DNA of 64,000 nucleotides from Rotaria socialis (Eukaryota): NCBI GenBank assembly GCA_905331295.1, contig CAJNYD010000223.1, positions 186,001 to 250,000 of the forward strand, read 5' to 3'. Shown piece by piece: positions 43,334 to 60,000 of this stretch (position 1 is its first letter; each line of letters starts with the position of its first letter). The notes under the pieces were generated by a model. It saw only the letters and a program-made list of their open reading frames with translations, ran no database searches and was not told where the DNA came from. The position numbers and the translations under genes were made by a program.

Positions 43334-43583
43334 CCCAGCGCGAACATTCCGGCCACCGGAGCCCGTAGGATACTCCAGGAAATATGCGGGAAAGTCATCA
43401 TATCCTGCAGAAAAACACGGCAAATCGCTGGAACATGCAAGCAGTATTCCGGCGTTTTCCGGCAGGAATTGATCAGAAATCACCGGAAAAAATCCGAAAA
43501 TTTTTCAACCGGAATACTACTTTCACAAAATCAACGGAACCACCCGGAGCCGGCCATTTCCAGGCAGGACTGTTCGACCTGGG
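43334..43583. mobile_element. 250-bp GC-richer MITE with CCC...GGG ends and 2-bp TSD (CMC/EnSpm-like)
   Basis: TIR CCCAGCGCGAACA / TGTTCGACCTGGG (11 of 13 match); AA on both sides; many internal CCGG(AA) motifs. Removal plus one AA restores DIVVINYAADNIAV. Confidence 0.85.
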
Positions 43584-43820
43584 AATTTATCACGACAATA
43601 TCTGGTCAACCATCATTGTCAAAGTCACCAATGGTCACAGATCGAGGAGTATACATAATCGTCTTCGTAGTTGTTTGTTTGAAGTTTAATTCACAATTTG
43701 GAACTATGTAAGACAAAAATATAGAAATAAAGACTGTACAGCTATTCTAGTGCAACTATTAAGAGTAAATTGTGTTAAAATTGCATAAGCACAACGAAAC
43801 GTGGCTCGGAATGGTCCTAT

Positions 43821-43886
43821 CTTGAGGGTGTGGATGTAGTTATTCGATGATAAAGAGATTACACCCACCCACACCCACACCCTGAA
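43821..43886. repeat. Second copy of the TGTGGG-armed inverted-repeat element
   Basis: CTTGAGGGTGTGGATGT ... ACACCCACCCACACCCACACCCTGAA. Confidence 0.6.
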
Positions 43887-44531
43887 TTGGGTAAACAACT
43901 TTGAAAGTTTCTCGAGGCCTCCATGGTTTACCATAATCGATGTTGAATCTCAGAGAAAATCTTCATATAAGAACATACAATACTTTTATATGAAATACAT
44001 TCTGCCTTCATGGACGTTTGTGTACTTAATATTTTCAAAGACTTTAGAAGAAATTAAAGTAATTATTTTAAAAAAAAAATTATTCCATTAGATGGAACAG
44101 TTTTAGTCATAACATGTACTTTAGTGTCATATATCCCGAAATCTCTAAATAAAGGGCATCAAAAGAGCTAACCATTATTATTTTCGCTCAGATACTTATT
44201 TTTGATAGTTTTAAGATTTGTCTGGTGAGATAACTAGATCCATTTCAGAATCATCCGTTTTAAGTGTGCTGAATTCAACAAGAGAAAATGGAGAATTTCC
44301 AACATCACGAATCTCTGAGAGTAAAAAAATCCATCATTTCGTCCTTAAATGAGAGTCGTCCATCGTGTTTTTAACTGAATTCGATTCATCTGTTATTTTA
44401 TTTATACATCAATCATTTTAGAATATCATACACAAAACAAAGCAATGTCAACAAAATAAAGAAAAATAGTTATGATAAATATTAAAATATTCTAACTATA
44501 CAAAGAAAAACAGAAAATAAAACAAATATAA

Positions 44532-48350
<3,819 letters not shown>

Positions 48351-48795
48351 TCTAAATATAGAACAATTCAAGAAATGAATTGATGAATGATTTTGTATTT
48401 CTACATTGATAATGTATTTGGTTTAGTTAAGTTTGTTTGTTTGTTTTGTATAGAAGTTTGATAAATTTTTATTTGCTCGGATAAATTATTTTTAATCGGA
48501 GGAATATGATCGTATTTGGTAGTTTTATTGACCGAATTTATTAGCATCTATGATGAAGACAACGGTTGAACTAAACATGTGTTAGAGAGAAATAAAAAAC
48601 GACTGAACACGAACGACAAATATATTCAATCGAGAGATAAATAATCGAGGTATACGAAAAAGATGAACACATTAAGAACACGTGTGTTCCATCTACCGCT
48701 TGATTACGTTATTTTTGACAGTTTTTCGTATATATAGTTCATTGTATTTGTGCAAAACAACCGCGACTTTTTATTTTCATATTTTCGTATAGACC

Positions 48796-49962
48796 CTGGG
48801 ATGCCAACTGTGCCCCATTTAGACTTTTGAGTCTACGATACGACTGCCTAATCTTCTAATGAAAATAACCTATCTTCTTCTAGACTTTTCTCATTTTCAT
48901 GAAGAAATGCATAATAAAATGTGCTGGTAAATAATTGGCCAATAGATATTAGCACCCATTTCGTTTAATTTCGTCTTTAATTATTCGGTTTTACATACTG
49001 TTTTCACTATGAGTAATGAAATAAATTTTATTGAATTTTTTCCTTTTCTCCTTTCCCATCGTTTCATTACTTTTTTCAATTAAGTTTGATAAATACATAT
49101 TATCTCAAAACTGAATCGAGTTTTAGACTTTCCCTTCAATGTATTTGGTTTCATTGATAATTTTCGCATGGCATTGAACAAAGATTATGAAGCTGAAATT
49201 TCTGACGATTCAGAAGCAACAACAAGTGAAAAATTTCCCAGTTTCCGAGACAAGCCAACTACTAATATCAAAGAAAAAAATGTTCATCAAAGTCAAAAAG
49301 GCGTTGTATGTTCAACCAAAGCTGGTTGAAAGATCCTAAATATATAGCATTTCTCAGAGAATGTCGAATTAATAAATATTTTGCTCATTGTTCTATATGT
49401 AAATCAGGCTTTTGTGAAACACGACCTGAAAGGAGTGTTGGNCCCCCCCACACACAGATCGTTACCGACAGGCAATTTTCCCATCACAGAACGCGACAGA
49501 GGGTCTTCAGAAATGACTACAGATTTTTGGCATATGCTTTAATTAATTGACTAATTAAGAGCATATGAATTGAGCGCCCATCACAGACTGTTACACAAGA
49601 TCTTCAGAGGCCATCATACAACGTGACAGACTATCTTCAGATCAAGCACAGTCCATCAGAGACGCTATTCCAGCCTAGCGCAAATCGTCACTGGTAGCGC
49701 CAAACGACTTGTCTCACCAAATCTACAAAGAACTTCCTTTAATACACCATCTCTACGTAATTTTCTGCAGTGATTGTGTCGTATTTCACATTTTTAATCC
49801 CAGAGGGATTACGCTAACAGCTTTTCTATTTCTAATGGTGGTATTTATTTGATCGGTTTTCTCAATTAAATCATCTATTTTAGGAGGCAGACAATGTACC
49901 CCAAATGCACCCTATTTGGGCTTTCAAAAACCACATTTGAAAAATGAGAAATAGCAGCCCTG
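48796..49962 (+). mobile_element. Internally deleted hAT DNA transposon retaining the transposase N-terminal zinc-finger region
   Basis: Ends CTGGGATGCCAA and TAGCAGCCCTG (reverse complement CAGGGCTGCTA); 8-bp TSD TATAGACC/GATAGATC (6 of 8). Remnant peptide FNQSWLKDPKYIAFLREC...AHCSICKSGF, resuming as SISNGGIYLI. Confidence 0.75.
49413..49819. mobile_element. Solo-LTR-like insertion (TGT...ACA) nested in the hAT transposase remnant
   Basis: Perfect 5-bp TSD GCTTT (49408-49412 and 49820-49824); removal rejoins CKSGF-SISNGG in frame. Contains one N at 49442. Confidence 0.8.
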
Positions 49963-50709
49963 GATAGATCACCACTTACTCTATCAAACTAAGTAGCCTT
50001 TATTTTATATCTTGTCCAAATATTTGATAAAATCCGAGAACCACTAATGTTTTAGTAATAGTGAAAATGGTTTCAAACGACAAAAAACAATTAATTGCAA
50101 TCAAACAGCACATATTTGGTATACATATGAAGAACCAAATTTGTGCCAGTTTTTGGAAAAATATACTTTCATGATTCGACGAAACTGAATAGAGTAATTG
50201 TTGTTCTATCCAACTGTACCAAAAACGGAAAACACTCGAGATTCTATACAAATACAGCAAACAATACAAAATTGACTCCGATATGTTTTACACGGGGCAT
50301 TTGAAATAATGATATGATTGATATAGTTCTTTTTATGAGGATGTACCTGGATTTACATTTGAGAAAAGTCTTGAATATTTTCCATGAAATAAAAATCTGT
50401 TTAAGTTTTTTTTCGAAATGAATTTCATTTATAACGTTTAGATCTTGTTGTAGTATTAATCTGTATTCATAGAAGTTCGTTTATTGTTCAAGATATGATT
50501 AACCAAAGAACGAGCTTTGCTTCACCGAAGAAGAAGAAGAATAAATCCTAGTTTCTCACCATACTCCATTTTCAACCAACTATAAGTTTATTTGAGGGCC
50601 GTTGCCGCGCAACAGACAGATAAAAAACACCTTATGCCAATTTTTCTTTCTTTTCTATTCTTTTTGCAACTTGTTCCTTCTTTTTTTTTCATATTGAACA
50701 ATATCAATA

Positions 50710-52908
50710 ATGGTGAAGTTAACAGCTGATCTCATTGCTAAACAAGCACTTGGTCATAATAAACGACGTGCTGACGAATCTGTTGAACATTATCTTTCAC
50801 GTCTCACACATTTACCATTTCAAAATCGAGGCATCGATTCCATTGTAATGATTTTTAAGGTGTACTTCTCATATACTTATATATTCTTTAGGATCCTATC
50901 CCGCCTTGTCGTCAACTAACAGTGATCTACCTTTATGATAATACATTGAGTAAACTTGAAAATTTTAATTTCGCTGAAAATTTAACACATCTCTACTTAC
51001 AAAATAATCGTTTACAAAAACTTGAACATTTCGATGGTTGCCCTAAATTACAAAAATTATATCTTGGCGGTAATCAAATTCAAGTTATTGAAGGTCTTGA
51101 TAGATGTATGAATCTAAAAGAAATTTACATTGAAAATCAACGTTTACCCGAAGGTGAAAAACTTGTTTTCGATCCACGAACTTTACAATGTTTAGCAAGA
51201 GTTCTTGGTAAAATATTTTTAAAATCAAAAGAAAAAGTACACAAACGACTCTCTATTTTTAGAAAATATAAATGTTAGTGGCAATAATCTAGATTCATTA
51301 GTAGAATTGAGTTGTTTAGAAAAATTAGAAGAATTAACAGCCAGCAATAATAATTTAGAAAATCTTCGTGAACTCATTCAACTTTTGAGTGTATGGCCAC
51401 GTTTAAAACGACTTGATACAAGTCGAAATCCAATGTGTACAAAAGCACGTTATCGCGAACGATTGATTGTTGTATCAACAGCATTAGGTAAAATGGAATT
51501 TTTCGGGCATATAATTATTTTTCTATTAAATGAATTCATAGAAATGCTTGATGGAAAACAAATCACAGATAATTCTCGACAATTTTTAATGAGCTGGAAA
51601 GCTTCACGTGAGGCTCAACAAATAAGAGAAAAATCAAAAGCAGATCTTTACGAGGGATCCGGAGATTATACAAACAATGGTAGTAAGTAAATCGAAGAAT
51701 TAAATAACAATTGAGAATATTATAGATAGAAATAGATAATCTCAGTTATTGCATATAATTATAAATATATATATATGTATATGTGTATGTATGTATATCA
51801 TTAGCTTCTGTCTTTCTCCCGACTATTCGTCCGAACGTTGCGCGAGCTCGATCAATGGCAATACATCAAATGCCAGGTCGGTACCTTTGCTACCGTATCG
51901 CTTGACGAATGGCATTCTTTTACTTTGCTTTCTGTGTGGTTTGAACTGAATTATTATCTTGTTTTCTATAAAAGCAAATATTATGTTTTAGCATTTCCTC
52001 GTCAAAATTCAGTCCGAATTGGTATTTTTATCGCTTGAATTTGATAAACTATCTTCTCTACCATTTGAATTGCTTGTTTTCTTGACTGATAAACTAATTA
52101 AATTCTATGATTTATCATATTCACCAGATTACTGAAAAATCTTGAGTGTTCTTTCTCCCGAATATGATAATAGCATGCATGCGTACAGGTATTTTGCATA
52201 ATTGTTGAAATATCTTTAGTTTGCTTCTTACTCACACCATAATAGTCTTCTCTTTCATGATTAAACTTAGTATAGATTCATCAAAACAAGTTTATTACAA
52301 ATAGAGTTCATGTCTATGGCGTATTTCTAAAACGATCGAACTTTGACTTTTAATGAATTTTCACTTAAAAAAAACAACAACAACCACTCATATCACTGTA
52401 TGTCTCTGATGAATACATAAAATCGTTTAGAGATATTATTTTGTTTTCTAAAACTATTACCAATCACTAAAAGGACCGATCTCCTTGGAAACCGGCCATA
52501 AAAAAAGAACTTTTTTTTTTATGACAGACAGTACACTAGAGGCAACACGGACTAAAATGCTCTACGAGTTTTTGCTAGACATCTTAGGCGAATGATTAAA
52601 TTCTATTTGCATGTATTTTCATAGATTATCGTCGTAGTATAGTGAAAGCTGATCTTGGTTTAGTGAAAAAGGGTCAATTTCCAATGGCACTGGTAGAAAA
52701 TGCTCACCGGTTAGTTTATTGAAATTGTTCTATGTGAAGAAAAATAAATAAATAACTTTTTTTGTTTTATAGAAAAATGACGCCGAGAACAAATAAATTT
52801 TCAGGCTTTTTTGCTTCGAATAGTTTTCATAATCCTGAACCAAATAATTCACATCCGAATCCGATTATAACTTTTCAAGATCCATCAACACAAACATTTT
52901 TCAAATGA
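50710..52908 (+). CDS. PPP1R42: Leucine-rich-repeat protein PPP1R42 (LRRC67); 3' exons less certain
   Basis: MVKLTADLIAK...HYLSRLTHL, SDS22-type LRRs (LTHLYLQNN, LQKLYLGGNQIQVIEGL), ENQRLPEGEKLVFDPRTL and LDGKQITDNSRQFLMSW. Confidence 0.88.
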
Positions 52909-54072
52909 TTGTTATTCTTGCTTTCATTGTTACGAGCTGATGACAGGATGAAATTTATCGGCTAGAGATGCTTATTAAAATGAATGTGATTATCTTATTT
53001 CTTTATTTGTTTTGTCAATAAAAACAAAAGTTTTATTTTCAAAATTTCCTGGCAATCAATGGAATAATTACGATCATTCAGATATACTCTTGACATCTAC
53101 TAATTACTGACACCAACAGTGCTTCAGTTCAGAATGAAGGCATGATCAATTAAGCTCATTCTAATCGATGAAAATAGTTACTTGAGCTCGAATGATGTTA
53201 CTACACCCTGGCGATGCATCTATTTTCATTTTCAAAAGATCTATTGTATTTGACAGGTAGGTTGCAGGTGTTTAGATAGCTTATTAGAAGAAGAAAACTA
53301 ACGTAAGTTATGAGATAAAATACATAAAAGAATGTCCTCACTGAACACAAAAGCAATAAGAAATAGGATTATGTTTTCTCAAACAATGCAACTTATTCTT
53401 GGAATAGAATTATTTCTTTTTACTACTCTACAAATGAAAACAAACAAAAGGAAAATACAATATGTACGCATGTTAAGCATGCAGCCATTTGTTGTACGTT
53501 GACGACATCGAAAAAATCAAGGTTTGTGTTTTTACTCAATGACAGAATCCGAATGCTTTCAATGCCTTATGAGTCACTATAATAAAAATATATATTTTTT
53601 ATGAGAGAATCTTAATTGTCTAGTATATAGAAGTATTCATTTACCTTCTGAAAGAAAACAAAGTAACGCCAACGAATCCGTTCATAATTGTAAGACAGTG
53701 CACGCTCCTTGGCACGCCAATGATGTCATTTATTATAATTTGAAAGTATAGTTAATCAGAAAAATATACGAGTTCATTATATAATTATATAGATATATCT
53801 ATATTTTTGACATGAATTATATTGCTGTGTTAACGGCGTAGATAGTCGTATGATCTTGGATAAATTGTACGCGGCACTTGGAATATGAAATATATGCGAA
53901 GTATGTCTCTGTATTTATTAATTTTCTTTCTTTTTTTCCCATCCATTTACTTGTCTCCTATATATAAAGCAAAAGAAATAAGAAAACATAAGATAAAAAA
54001 AAAGACTTATCGTCACTTCTATTACTCTCAGGACATTAACAACAGAGAAGGTATTTGCAAACGTAAAGGACT

Positions 54073-54104
<32 letters not shown>

Positions 54105-55829
54105 CATTCTATTCCTCGTCATCGGATCAAGTAAAATATTCATTTAACAAAATATTTCTATCAACAAAGGTATAGTCAAATATTTTATTTCTCATTACAC
54201 TTTTCGATCTGAAAGAGAGAAAAAGAAATAAAGAAATTTTAAGGAAAATATAAGTTCTACTGTTGCCGTTTGCATATAAGTTTGTCGAAGTGTTGACAAA
54301 AAACGTTGTTTATTATAGCTATTAGGATAGAGTTGCAGATTATTTTCCTTATAGAGTCTTCGGGGGTAATTCGGATCACAAATAGCGAAATCAAGCTGAC
54401 GTCTATCGCATCACTTGGGATAATTCAGATCACCGTAATATAAACCATTACAATCGTTTTTTCTTATCGTTTTGCTGATTATTACTTTTTGCATAAAATA
54501 AAAAGAATTCAGCATTCGTTAAACTGTGGTATTTTTTATTTTGATCAGAAATTGTGATAGAATATTCAACGGAAATGTCACCTCTGACAGTCACTTTTCA
54601 TAACATTAAGAGTTCGACTAGGTTAGTTTCGATTAGTACACCAATTTCTCCTGAGGCAGCTCAGATCATCCCGATCTATTTTATCTACCGAGGAAGTTAC
54701 AAAAACTCAACCATATTTCTAATATAGGAATGCCTAATAAATCGCAAAGAAAATCCATTCCACTATGTTTTCTCCCTATCAATAGAAACTACCGCAACCT
54801 TTTATGTGACCGATCAAAGTATTATGCCGCAAAACAAAATACGAGAGAAAAATGTCTTATTTTACGATATACTCCTACGAACTGTGATAACTTATTTTAA
54901 GTCTATAATGGACTTCAGCAGGAAAAGCAGTTAGGTGTCTCCCTGTGCTAAAAACGTAGTATGAATAAATATATATATGAGTATGCTGAGCACTACATAA
55001 TCCAAAATCCATTTCAAGTAATTAAATGAATTATAAATCTTTTCCTAGTATCGCCCTTGAAACTGAACCGACAGTGGGTACCTATCGGCTAATTAATAGA
55101 CAGCTATTAAAGACAATTTACACTCATGAAAATTTGTTTTGAGCAAATCCAACTTCGAAGAGTGTTAGACTTGGAGTTTTTGACAAACACAACTTCCAAT
55201 GCATACAAGTAGATCTGAAGTGTCCTTGTTGTTGATCTAAATAGACTAAATATCCGGTAAAAAAACACAAATAAATCCATGCCTCAATGATAATCTCTTG
55301 GAGATTTCTTTTGATGATTAGTAATTTTTCATAGATATTTATCCATCAGTTTACAGGGTAATTTAATTTTTCGGAGATCTCTTCGGGCTTTCAAAATCTA
55401 TGGTAGAACTGAAATATTTTGTAGAAAAATCAGACAAGAACACTTTTTTTCTTTGTAGTTCTTTGCCAAGAAGAATATTTGATGGAACACATGGAATGGC
55501 AAGTGAATCTTAATAGTGAGAAAAAGAGGAATAATTTTTTCTCTCAGATTAACTACTCAATGTTGACGATGAAAACAGTAGGGGTTTCAATTTAGTACTC
55601 AATACCTAAATTAGCTGGAGCGATTCAAATTACTTCACAGAAACTCGCTAATGAAAAATGGCTAATAGAAGTGTCATTGCTGTAAATATTATATTATATC
55701 ACCGTTCTACATTCATTCATTGAATTGTTTTCCGATCATATAGACTATAGAATAGGCCTACGTTATTTTCTAAGAACTACAGACTTAGATAAGATCCTTT
55801 TCCGAGTGGGCTATGTCAGAATGGTCCCA

Positions 55830-56950
55830 ATTACTATACCCGGCTTGACTGGCTAACATTTTTAACGTTGAGATCCCTTTTTTTTTTACCAGTAGACGCT
55901 GTTTTGAAAAAAATTCTTTTTTTACGAGAGATCGAATTTAGTGTAATCCAAATACTGTATTTAGGTTCATCCCATCAGAAACCACCATGCCCATCCGGGC
56001 GACCAAGCCAAAATCCATTCAAAGTTCCCGGATCTGTAGAGGACTTTTCGCTGATCATTTTGATAATAAAATTTTCGAAACAAATTCTATTTTCGCGAAG
56101 ATGAAGGTCAAATACAAAAAGTACACTTTTCNNNNNNNNNNNNNNNNNNNNNNNNNNNNNNNNNNNNNNNNNNNNNNNNNNNNNNNNNNNNNNNNNNNNN
56201 NNNNNNNNNNNNNNNNNNNNNNNNNNNNNNNGACTGGAAAATTAAAAAAAAACGAACGAAAGTTGGTTTTGGAAAAATGTGAGGACTATGATGCCTTTAT
56301 TGTGCTTTATTTTTTTTCTCATCCAATACGTGTTATTCAAGAGGTTCTTGTATAGAATAGTAGAGAATTGCACGCGCTATCAGAATATGTCCGAATACTA
56401 GAATATATAAAAATTATATATGAAAAATAAACGAGCACAAGTGTTTCTCTTCAAGTGAATTTTTCTTGAAAATATCATGATCTTATTGAAAAGCTTTTCG
56501 CTACTGATAATCAAAATAACAAAGTTTTGAACACATCATTCAATGCAGTTTGATGTGCTCTTTCATATGAGACTATGTTTGAATTCGCCCACCTCACTGA
56601 TGTGACCAAGCGGCCATATACACTGGGGCCCTATTTTCTGAGTCAGATCGATCGCACGAAGAAATGTTTTCAAACATAAGATACTTTCAATACTATGAAA
56701 CGAAAGCCCATTGGCTATACTATTAACGGTGAGAAAAGTTTTGATGGAGCTCTTATCGTTCTTGAGAAAATAAAAATTGTCGAAGTACAAAAAATCCGAC
56801 CGCGTCTTACTTCGAGTGCATATATCTCCAGAATGGATCATCCGTTCGAACTGAAATTTTCAGTTTCTTCCTAACTTTGTTGGGGCTACCTACTGTAAAA
56901 ATATGAGCCAAATCGATGAGATCGATTGAGTTTCCTTTTTCCGGAGTGAT
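55830..56950. repeat. Probable non-autonomous DNA-transposon remnants around an assembly gap
   Basis: Non-coding, locally GC-richer sequence with short palindromes, interrupted by Ns. No clean TIR or TSD pair was resolved. Confidence 0.3.
56132..56231. other. Assembly gap (100 N)
   Basis: Run of N; contiguity across it is not proven. Confidence 0.99.
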
Positions 56951-57087
56951 TTCTCTCTTTAAATTTCACTTCTATCATATTCTGTAGACGCGGTCGAATA
57001 CTAATAATCGTAACTCATTATTGTTTTTCACCGTCAGCGTGGATATTTAAATTCACAAGTAGTCACAGTAAGTAATTTATTCACACG

Positions 57088-60000
57088 ATGGCAACGCAAT
57101 ATGGAGCCGTAGACGAGAAACGTATTTTACAAGAAGCAAATGTACGTCGTTTACGTGAACTGCAATTAAGTAGAATGAGTGAGTCTGATGAGCAGATTGC
57201 TCGACAAAAATTAGCTGAATTCGACGAAATGGAACACGAACTTCAAACACTAAATCAGGCCGATCAACAACGAGTGTCAGAACTTGAATCAGAAATACGG
57301 GATATGAATCAAGAAATATATAATGCCGAAAAAGAACTCGAGCAACTTAATGCACAACTTGAAGAACTTCGAGTTGAACAAGAAGTACAACAGAAAAATC
57401 TTGAAAAGATAATCAACGAAGTTGCTAAATTAACACAAGAAATAAAACATGTTCAAGAAGAACTTCAAAAACTTCGTGAACAAGAACATAAGCTTATTGT
57501 AGAACGTGATAAATTGCAAGCAACACTCAACGAACAACAACAAATTCTCAAGGAGGAACAAACACGAGTGGCTGATCTTCAACAGAAAATTGTTGTCTTA
57601 GAAAATGATAAGCATCTGTTAGAACAACGACGTGATGAACTAAACATGCAATTACAGCAAGCTGAAACAGATCGAGTTGCTCTAGAACAAGAAATAGCGA
57701 CGCTTGATGCTGAATGTACGCGACTAGAACAACAACTTAATGTCTTACAAAAAGAATTAACTCAACTTGAACGAGCTGTAGAACAACTTGTCCAACAAAT
57801 AAATCAAACGCAAGAAGAAATAGCCAAATGCGAACAAACGATAAATGAACAAACGGCTCAAATTCAAGAATTGGAAAATCAAAAGCAACAAGCCGAAGCC
57901 GAAATACAACGATTACAGGATTCGATTCTACGTATTGAAGCGATGATTCAAGAAGTAAGCTAAACAAACAATCACAGAGGTGTGAGTGTCATAAATGTAT
58001 GAGCAGACCCACATTCACATACTTTAGTATCTACATTTTCATGCATTTTAAATGTTGATATGTCTAGGTGGGAAAGAAAGAACTCCAAGTAACTGAACAA
58101 ATCAATCAAAAAGCTCAAGAGAAACAAATGGCTGAAAATGAACTAAGAGCTGCCGAAGCTGAAACTCAACAGTTGAGAGCAGTTGTCGAAGCACTCAGCG
58201 GAGAATTGAAAATGCTGCAAGACCAATTGGCGCAGTTGACCAATGAAGTCAATCAATTGGAAGAGCAAGTTCGTCAAGCACAAAATGAATTTCAACAATC
58301 ACAGTATGCGCACAAATATTTATAACATTGTTTTGAGCAGATGAACAATTTTGTAGAGAATTCAATTAGATCTAATCATTATATCAATTGAAGAAATCAA
58401 TATGTTCGATCGTGATTTGAATTCTATGAAAGTAGTGCAGAGCTTCTTAAAAGAATATCTCTCAAGAATAGATTCCCTTCAAATAGTCGATGTCTATTTA
58501 TATTTGTCAAAAACAATGCATGAGAATTGTATTTGATTCCGTTTAGGGAAGCAGTGCAACGTGCCGAAGCAGAAACGGCACGTATTCGAGGTGAGCTCGA
58601 TCAACTTACACAACAGTTGCAAGCCAAGCAAGCTGAACTAGCCCAAGGCGAACAACAAAAAGCTCAGCTAGAAGCAACACTCGCTCAAAAACAGACTGAA
58701 CTCCAACAAATAACGGAGACTGTGAATAGATTGGAACAAGCACTGACGCAAGCCAAAGCTGAACTGGATGCTGCTATTGCATTACTCGAACAGCATACTG
58801 AAACACTTCGTCAAGAAGAACAAACGGAATTACAAAAGAAAGAAGAAGTCGAAAGTCAAGAAACAGCTTTAAAACAAGCCCAAGACGACGCCAACGAATC
58901 CGACCGACAAGAAAGCGAGAAAAAGCAAGAATTACAGACAGCGTCACGGGAAGAACAACAAGCACAATCTGATTTAAATTCAGCCAAAATGAAATTACAA
59001 ATTGCTGAAAGAGTACTTCATGCTGCTGAACTAGCCCTTGCAACCGCACTAGCCATCCCACTCATTGGTCAAATTGTAGCCATTGGAGCGACGGCTGCAC
59101 TTGCAGCGGCTACAACTGCTGTCATTGTGCTACAAACACAAGTAAATACTGCCGAATCGAAAGTGTCTCAAGCTAGTATAAAACGTGAACAAGCTTTTCA
59201 AGTGCATCAGACGTCACTTGAGCAAAAGCGCACCGCACATACGAAAGTCGCCGACGAGAAACGAACACTTTTAACGAAACAAGCTGAACTAAAACAACAG
59301 ATTCAAACTAAAAATGCTGCTCAACAACAAGTTGAACGTCAAAAGCAGGTCATGGAGAAAGCGACAGTTGATCATGCCGAAGCTGAACGTCAACTTGCAC
59401 AAGCTAAAGAACAACAAACAATGAAAACAAATGAAGTTCATGATGCTGAGGCACAAGTTCAACAGCAGACTGAACATGTCGAACAATTAAAACGAGAAGC
59501 AACTGAACTTGAACGAAATCAAACACAAATTCAACAAGCTCTTGTCAATGCAGAAAACGAATTGAGAAATGCTCAAACTAAGGAACAAACAGCGGAAGCC
59601 ACCCTTCAAGAAACGAATCAACAACTTGCAGCCAAACAACAGGAAGCTCAACAATTAGAATCTTCAGTCGGTCAAAAACAACAGCAGCTCGAAATTAAAC
59701 AGGCCGAATACGCTGCCAAAGAAAATCAAGCACAACAGACTAAAAACCAAGTGACTTCTATCGATCAAGATCTTAAATTAGCTAACAATTCAAAAGCAGA
59801 ATTGGAAGCTGAAAAGAAAGAACAAGAAAGCATGCTTCGAACTGAACAGAGTAAAAGTCAAAAACTCGATTCAGAACATCAACAACTCAAAGCAAAAATT
59901 GAAGTAGCCCAACAACAAAAACAACAGCTTTCTCAACAATTACAACAGTTCAAAAGTCAATTGGATCGACAAAATACAGATATGACGAGCAAGAAAAACG

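Larger units (their letters stand above)
39903..43706 (-). pseudogene. Decayed FG-GAP/VCBS-repeat (beta-propeller) protein gene
   Basis: More than 20 repeats of the type VAVGDFNNDxxLDIVVAN...VSVLLGYGNGSF spread over several frames, with stops (e.g. GDFDNDG*PDIVV near 43605), frameshifts and two MITE insertions. Confidence 0.9.

Noticed and set aside
39903..43706. Bacterial contaminant or CRISPR-like array
   Set aside because: Repeats are protein-level FG-GAP units, carry eukaryotic MITEs and are contiguous with intron-rich animal genes.
43170..43711. Plus-strand ORFs of 80-101 aa
   Set aside because: They arise from the GC-richer MITE and the antisense of the FG-GAP pseudogene.
53050..53730. 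Possible small minus-strand gene or ncRNA
   Set aside because: Splice-like sites exist but no coherent ORF or RNA structure could be supported.
54360..54675. Repeated GGGGTAATTCGGATCAC / GGGATAATTCAGATCAC motif, suggestive of a MITE end
   Set aside because: No convincing partner TIR or TSD.
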